DNA of 64,000 nucleotides from a virus (Duplodnaviria; Caudoviricetes): IMG/VR virus record IMGVR_UViG_2636415866_000004, positions 547 to 64,546 of that record; one strand, 5' to 3'. Shown piece by piece: positions 59,731 to 64,000 of this stretch (position 1 is its first letter; each line of letters starts with the position of its first letter). The notes under the pieces were generated by a model. It saw only the letters and a program-made list of their open reading frames with translations, ran no database searches and was not told where the DNA came from. The position numbers and the translations under genes were made by a program.

Positions 59731-60294
59731 TTACTTAACCTCCCAACATTTTTTATATCCTTCATCAGTTCCCTTACGAATTTCTATAATTTTGCCATAA
59801 GTATTCCCATACCTTGTATCACAATAAACCATGTCACTTATAGACAATTCTTCATCAGAAACAAAGTCATAAAGTTTTCCATTCTTTGAGTGTTCTACTT
59901 CATAAATATTTACTTTTGGTTTTAATAAATTTTCCAATCTTTCAAGTTCATATCCACTAGGACACCAATCACTTCCTAGACTTTTTGATATTTCACAAAT
60001 TCCCCTTTTAACTCCAAAAGTACATTCCTTACAGCTTTGTTTATGATCACAATAGTTTTGAACAACCTTTAATGCATTAATAACATTTAGTTCTTCTGTT
60101 TTGTCATCTTTAAATTTTATATTTCCTTTTTCAATTGCTAATTTCCAACATTCTCTGCACTCATCAATACAAATCTTTTTTCTTTTAAAATCTTTTAACT
60201 TGTACATGCTAGGACATCCGCTCCTATTAGTTAATTTTTTATTATCCAAAAATTCTTCTTTAGTCATTGTTTTTCTAATCTTTTCAAAATCCAT
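59731..60294 (-). CDS. hypothetical Cys-rich protein
   Basis: N-terminal module shared with 55944..56567. Confidence 0.72.
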   Translation of the reverse strand: MDFEKIRKTMTKEEFLDNKKLTNRSGCPSMYKLKDFKRKKICIDECRECWKLAIEKGNIKFKDDKTEELNVINALKVVQNYCDHKQSCKECTFGVKRGICEISKSLGSDWCPSGYELERLENLLKPKVNIYEVEHSKNGKLYDFVSDEELSISDMVYCDTRYGNTYGKIIEIRKGTDEGYKKCWEVK

Positions 60295-60885
60295 TAATTC
60301 TTACCTTCCTTTCTTTCCTTTAACTCTTTTACTGTCATAACTTGTCCTATAGGTTCATTCACTATATTTATTTGACCTGGTATTAGATTCATTAATACAT
60401 TAAAAGCTTGTCTTTGTTCTTTATTAAGTGCTACTGGATAAGCTACATTATCTTTAATAAATGTTAATAAGAAGTTGTCTCCTGTTGCTTGCATTAGCTT
60501 TCACTCCTTTCTTCTTTTAAGACTTCTAATAATTCAGAATAATATTTAATACTTTTTTTACACTTTTCAAGTTGCTTTCTTAAATAATGTAAACAATCCT
60601 TAGTTACTGGCTGCTGAATACATTCCTTTAGGTCGATTAAATTAGCTTCTTGATAAGCTAGTCTTTCTTTTGTTATCCTAACTAAATTCATATATTCACC
60701 TACTTTTCTATATCAGATAAAATACAATCTAAAGTTTCTAATACATTTAATACCATTGTGTCTAGTTCATCAAAATTCTGTTCTAAGCAATCAACAATAT
60801 CATTATCAGGATTTTGATTGACAACATCTTGAACTAATCCTCTTATGCTAGATAACTTTTGTTCTAGCAACTTAATACTAATCAT
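60294..60885 (-). CDS. three small coupled hypothetical ORFs (60294..60494, 60494..60691, 60700..60885)
   Basis: overlapping or closely spaced start/stop codons in the early operon. Confidence 0.65.
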
Positions 60886-61400
60886 GCTATTTCCTTTAGT
60901 TGATTTATAGCTTTTCTAAGCCTTCTAGATACTGTCATTTGAGAAATATTTAGTATATTAGCAACTTCTTCTTGTTTTAAATTTTTAAAGTAGTAAAGAT
61001 TAATTATTTCTTGATATTCTTTTTTTAATTTACTGATTAAAATATCAAGATAAATCCTTATAGTTTCTCTTTCTTCAAATTCATAGTCACCAAACTTTTT
61101 TTCTATAGATCCATTTTCATATTCATGTTCATATGAAATTACTGAAAAGCTATGAGGTGTTGCTCTTTTTAGATTGTATTTCTTATCCCTCTGAAACAAA
61201 TTTATAAGGCTGCCTTTTATGCATGATGTTGCAAAGGTAGAAAATTTTACACCTCTATTTTCATCAAAATTTCTACAGGCTTTTACTAATGCTAAAATTG
61301 AAACTTGAATTAAATCTTCATGCTCATACCTTTTAGACATTTTATAGAACTTATTTGCTTGGATATAAGCAAGTCCTAAATTATCCAATATATTAACCAT
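60882..61400 (-). CDS. phage sigma-70 factor (SigF/SigG/SigB-like)
   Basis: DLIQ..LVKA..FD.NRGVKFSTFA; QEEVANILNISQMTVSR. Confidence 0.88.
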   Translation of the reverse strand: MVNILDNLGLAYIQANKFYKMSKRYEHEDLIQVSILALVKACRNFDENRGVKFSTFATSCIKGSLINLFQRDKKYNLKRATPHSFSVISYEHEYENGSIEKKFGDYEFEERETIRIYLDILISKLKKEYQEIINLYYFKNLKQEEVANILNISQMTVSRRLRKAINQLKEIA

Positions 61401-61605
61401 TTAACTTTTCTTCCTTTCTATTTTCGTGGTATAATGGAACTGTAATTTTGCATATGCTACTAGGAACGCTTTGGACGGGGTTCTTGGTAGCTTTTTTCTT
61501 CTTTTCTTTTACGATTTTTAAAGCATTTTCTATACTATATCTTTCTTCTTGAACTAATCTTTCTACTTCTTTTGCTTGTTCTGCATAATCTGCTAGCTTT
61601 CCCAT
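61393..61605 (-). CDS. hypothetical protein
   Basis: GGGAGG SD. Confidence 0.65.
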   Translation of the reverse strand: MGKLADYAEQAKEVERLVQEERYSIENALKIVKEKKKKATKNPVQSVPSSICKITVPLYHENRKEEKLNG

Positions 61606-61767
61606 TTCTACCTCCCTAAAAACTTTGAAATAAATTTCTTAAACTTGCTTTTTTTCTTATAAGTGTGAGATATAAGATTTACGTATAAGTTAATATTATC
61701 TATTGCTTTCATTATTAATCCCTCCTTAATGATTTATCTATTATGTCTATTGCACTTTTAAAGTCCT

Positions 61768-62007
61768 TTAAACATTTTGACAAATGTCTATTCCCATAAC
61801 ATTTACTAAATCTTTTTGTTCGTCACAACAATGGCATCCACCTGAACTATACTTTCTTAATATTATGTCGCTTCCTTCTACAAAGATTTCTAAAGGAGTT
61901 CCTTCTCCATGATCTGCACCTTTGATTTCTAAAGTCTTTCTTAATTCCATTGGAAGACCTATTCTTCCTAATCCATCTACTTTCCTAATAATTCCTGTTG
62001 CTTTCAT
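61768..62007 (-). CDS. AbrB-family regulator (C-terminus apparently frameshifted)
   Basis: MKATGIIRKVDGLGRI.LP.ELR..PLEIFV..IILRKY. Confidence 0.88.
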   Translation of the reverse strand: MKATGIIRKVDGLGRIGLPMELRKTLEIKGADHGEGTPLEIFVEGSDIILRKYSSGGCHCCDEQKDLVNVMGIDICQNV

Positions 62008-62087
62008 TTTTAATATCCTCCTGTTAATTTAATTTTAATCGTTACAATTCCTCACCTTAGCCAGTAGTGATGTGTGGTTTATACTAC

Positions 62088-62117
62088 TGCTTGACCAATA
62101 ATAATTATGTTAAATAC
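62088..62117. repeat. direct repeat copy 1 (CTTGACCAATAATAATTATGTTAAATA)
   Basis: near-identical copy at 63039-63066. Confidence 0.8.
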
Positions 62118-62127
62118 TTTTTAGTAA

Positions 62128-62844
62128 TTACCTTACTATTACAACTCTTATAGGATTTCCATTACCGTGTCTTATTTGTACTGTTCTACAATCTGACTTA
62201 TGATAAATCAAATCTGCATTATCAAGTTCTTTCAATGTTTGTACCTTTCCAAATCCATAATTACCAAAGAAGTCATAAAGTTTTAATCTATTAACTGCAA
62301 CTCCATTTTCAGTTTTTCTAATTATTACATCATCTTTTCTTAGAAATTCATCTAATAAAGTTTTAACGTCAAACTTTGATTTTTTATATTCCACTGTTTT
62401 AACTTCTTGTACTGGTAAATAATTTGCAATTAATAAACTTGCTACATGATTTTTTAAATTATCATTAGGTAAATCTCTTATTACTTCTAATACCTCTTTA
62501 AATTCAACTCCTGTAGTTCTATATGAGCCTGTTTTTCTTATTGATGGTAGTACTTCTGATGTAACCCATCTTTTAAACTTCTTTGCATTTGGAAGTTTGC
62601 TTGAAAGTATCAAACTGTAAAGTCCACTTTCATTAATAATCACTATATTTTGTTTTCCACTAGGGGTGTCCATTTCGTTCATCCCCCTATCATCTTTATC
62701 TACATGATCTCTTACAGCTTTTTGAGGATTTATATATCCTAATGCTATTGCAACATCTTTTCCTACAAAATATGGTTCATCATCAATAGTTAATGTTCTT
62801 ACTTGTCCAAATTCTTCATTTTTAAAAACCTGTAACTCTTCCAT
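62128..62844 (-). CDS. BRO-N antirepressor-like protein
   Basis: FGQVR..PYFVGKDVA..INESGLYSL..FKRWVTSEVLPSIRKTG. Confidence 0.92.
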   Translation of the reverse strand: MEELQVFKNEEFGQVRTLTIDDEPYFVGKDVAIALGYINPQKAVRDHVDKDDRGMNEMDTPSGKQNIVIINESGLYSLILSSKLPNAKKFKRWVTSEVLPSIRKTGSYRTTGVEFKEVLEVIRDLPNDNLKNHVASLLIANYLPVQEVKTVEYKKSKFDVKTLLDEFLRKDDVIIRKTENGVAVNRLKLYDFFGNYGFGKVQTLKELDNADLIYHKSDCRTVQIRHGNGNPIRVVIVR

Positions 62845-62862
62845 TTAAGTCCTCCTATCAAT

Positions 62863-62964
62863 TTATTTTCTTCTTATATCTGTTATAGTTATCTTTATTC
62901 CTTCCCGTTCAGATATTATTTTTGCTATCGTTTCAAATATTTTTCTAGCCATTTTTTCATCCAT
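62863..62964 (-). CDS. 33-aa early peptide
   Basis: MDEKMARKIFETIAKIISEREGIKITITDIRRK; AGGAGG SD. Confidence 0.7.
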   Translation of the reverse strand: MDEKMARKIFETIAKIISEREGIKITITDIRRK

Positions 62965-63038
62965 CTTATTAGCCTCCTAATATCTTATTGTTCCAGTACT
63001 CCGCGCAGTCATCTACGAGTTCGGTGTATTCCTGAATA

Positions 63039-63066
63039 CTTGACCAATAATAAATTATGTTAAATA
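63039..63066. repeat. direct repeat copy 2
   Basis: CTTGACCAATAATAAATTATGTTAAATA. Confidence 0.8.
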
Positions 63067-63069
63067 GTT

Positions 63070-63291
63070 TTAGAAATTGTTATCTAATTCTTCTGCTCTT
63101 TTCATTAATTCAGATACTGCAACTCCAATACCTTTTGCTATTTTTTCAATAGTTTCAATTGTCGGATTTGCATTTTTTCCACTTGCTATTTCACATAATG
63201 TAGTTTGTGCAATGCCTGAATTTTTTGATATTCTATATTTTGTTATATTCTTTTCTTCTGCTAAAACATTTATCGCTTGTCCTAATGACAT
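63070..63291 (-). CDS. XRE HTH regulator
   Basis: ITKYRISKNSGIAQTTL..NPTIETIEKIA. Confidence 0.88.
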   Translation of the reverse strand: MSLGQAINVLAEEKNITKYRISKNSGIAQTTLCEIASGKNANPTIETIEKIAKGIGVAVSELMKRAEELDNNF

Positions 63292-63307
63292 ATATTTTAT
63301 CCTCCTT

Positions 63308-64000
63308 TTATCCTATATCCCATAAACTAGTTTGAACTGGCCTATCTAATTTAATAATTCTTATGCTTTCATCTATAACTGGCAATATACTCTTATAATT
63401 ATCTATGTCTAAGTCTTCCCACTTACTAATGTCTAATAATAAAAATATTCTTGCTTTAACCTGTTCATATTCATCATCAGCTCTTACAATTCCAAGTCGT
63501 TTTTTAATATAAGCACTTATATCACTTTTAGATTTACTTCTTATCTTGTAATATTCTCTTGCTTCTTGTAGCTTGTCCTCAAGTATCTCATTTATAAATG
63601 TTGTTATCTCTCCTTTAAATTCAATCAATGAATTTTGATTATTAATAACTTCTTTAATCCTAAAATAGTTATTAACTAATTCTCTTTGGACTTTCCATGC
63701 TAAATCATCTTGAAGTGACTTTACTAACATTAAGTAGCCACTTTCTGTAATAAAAATAATTTCTTTTGTATTACTGCCGACGGAATTCGTCGCCTGTTTA
63801 AAATTTCTTAACTGTTCACCCTTAATACAAAAATAATCTTCATTTTTTATAAAATGTTTTTTATTTTCTCTAAAGTTTCTTCCAGCAGTTCCTTCTGTTC
63901 TTTCATGTAATAAATCAATATCTTTAAAAGTTACTACTCTTTGTCCATTAAATTCTTTTATTGTTAAATCAGTATCGTTTATTGTTATTAAATTATTCAT
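63308..64000 (-). CDS. ORF6N-domain antirepressor-like protein
   Basis: KEFNGQRVVTFKDIDLLH..ITESGYLMLVKSL.DDLAWKVQRELVNNYF. Confidence 0.9.
   Translation of the reverse strand: MNNLITINDTDLTIKEFNGQRVVTFKDIDLLHERTEGTAGRNFRENKKHFIKNEDYFCIKGEQLRNFKQATNSVGSNTKEIIFITESGYLMLVKSLQDDLAWKVQRELVNNYFRIKEVINNQNSLIEFKGEITTFINEILEDKLQEAREYYKIRSKSKSDISAYIKKRLGIVRADDEYEQVKARIFLLLDISKWEDLDIDNYKSILPVIDESIRIIKLDRPVQTSLWDIG

Larger units (their letters stand above)
15550..64000. mobile_element. Prophage 2 (PBSX/Xkd-like myovirus), continues beyond window
   Basis: Complete lysis-tail-head-packaging-replication-early gene order on - strand; integrase and repressor not in window. Confidence 0.93.

Noticed and set aside
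62088-62115. Chromosomal dif site
   Set aside because: Only the XerD-like arm matches, it occurs twice and lies inside a prophage operon
62666-62677. GTGTCCATTTCG shared between the BRO gene and the parB palindrome
   Set aside because: Single 12-mer, not palindromic here, inside coding sequence of a different prophage; likely chance
62990-63040. tRNA-like element
   Set aside because: Too short and lacks T-loop and acceptor-stem consensus; no tRNA or rRNA recognised in the window
970-63325. Many short antisense ORFs in the track (e.g. 970..1176, 3258..3584, 18721..19089, 27869..28252, 35308..35556, 45114..45422, 56092..56601)
   Set aside because: They are shadows of well-supported genes on the other strand, with no SD or motifs

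Overview
Low-GC Clostridium sensu stricto DNA (probably C. botulinum group II-like) that is almost entirely two back-to-back prophages separated by about 500 bp of host DNA. Prophage 1 (1..~15050) is an HK97-type cos phage: portal N-terminus, terL/terS, HNH, accessory cassettes, SSB, ParB/ParA, VRR-NUC, HUH rolling-circle Rep, Spo0E-like peptide, CI, HicAB and a large serine integrase. It is inserted in sfsA. Prophage 2 (~15550..>64000) is a PBSX/Xkd-like myovirus whose end abuts the 3' fragment of an arsC-like gene. It carries a large accessory region, lysis, tail, head, packaging, primase-helicase replication and early genes. Most notable observations: (i) a family of degenerate recombination-like sites at accessory-gene boundaries, including an exact inverted pair around the tail-fibre tip module; (ii) an RHH-FtsK-relaxase module with a sporulation-type promoter; (iii) a second, inverted copy of the iteron origin about 34 kb from the first; (iv) Tad1, a MuF toxin-immunity pair, a Panacea TA pair and two type I TA-like loci. 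All family calls come from motif recognition by eye; no searches were run.
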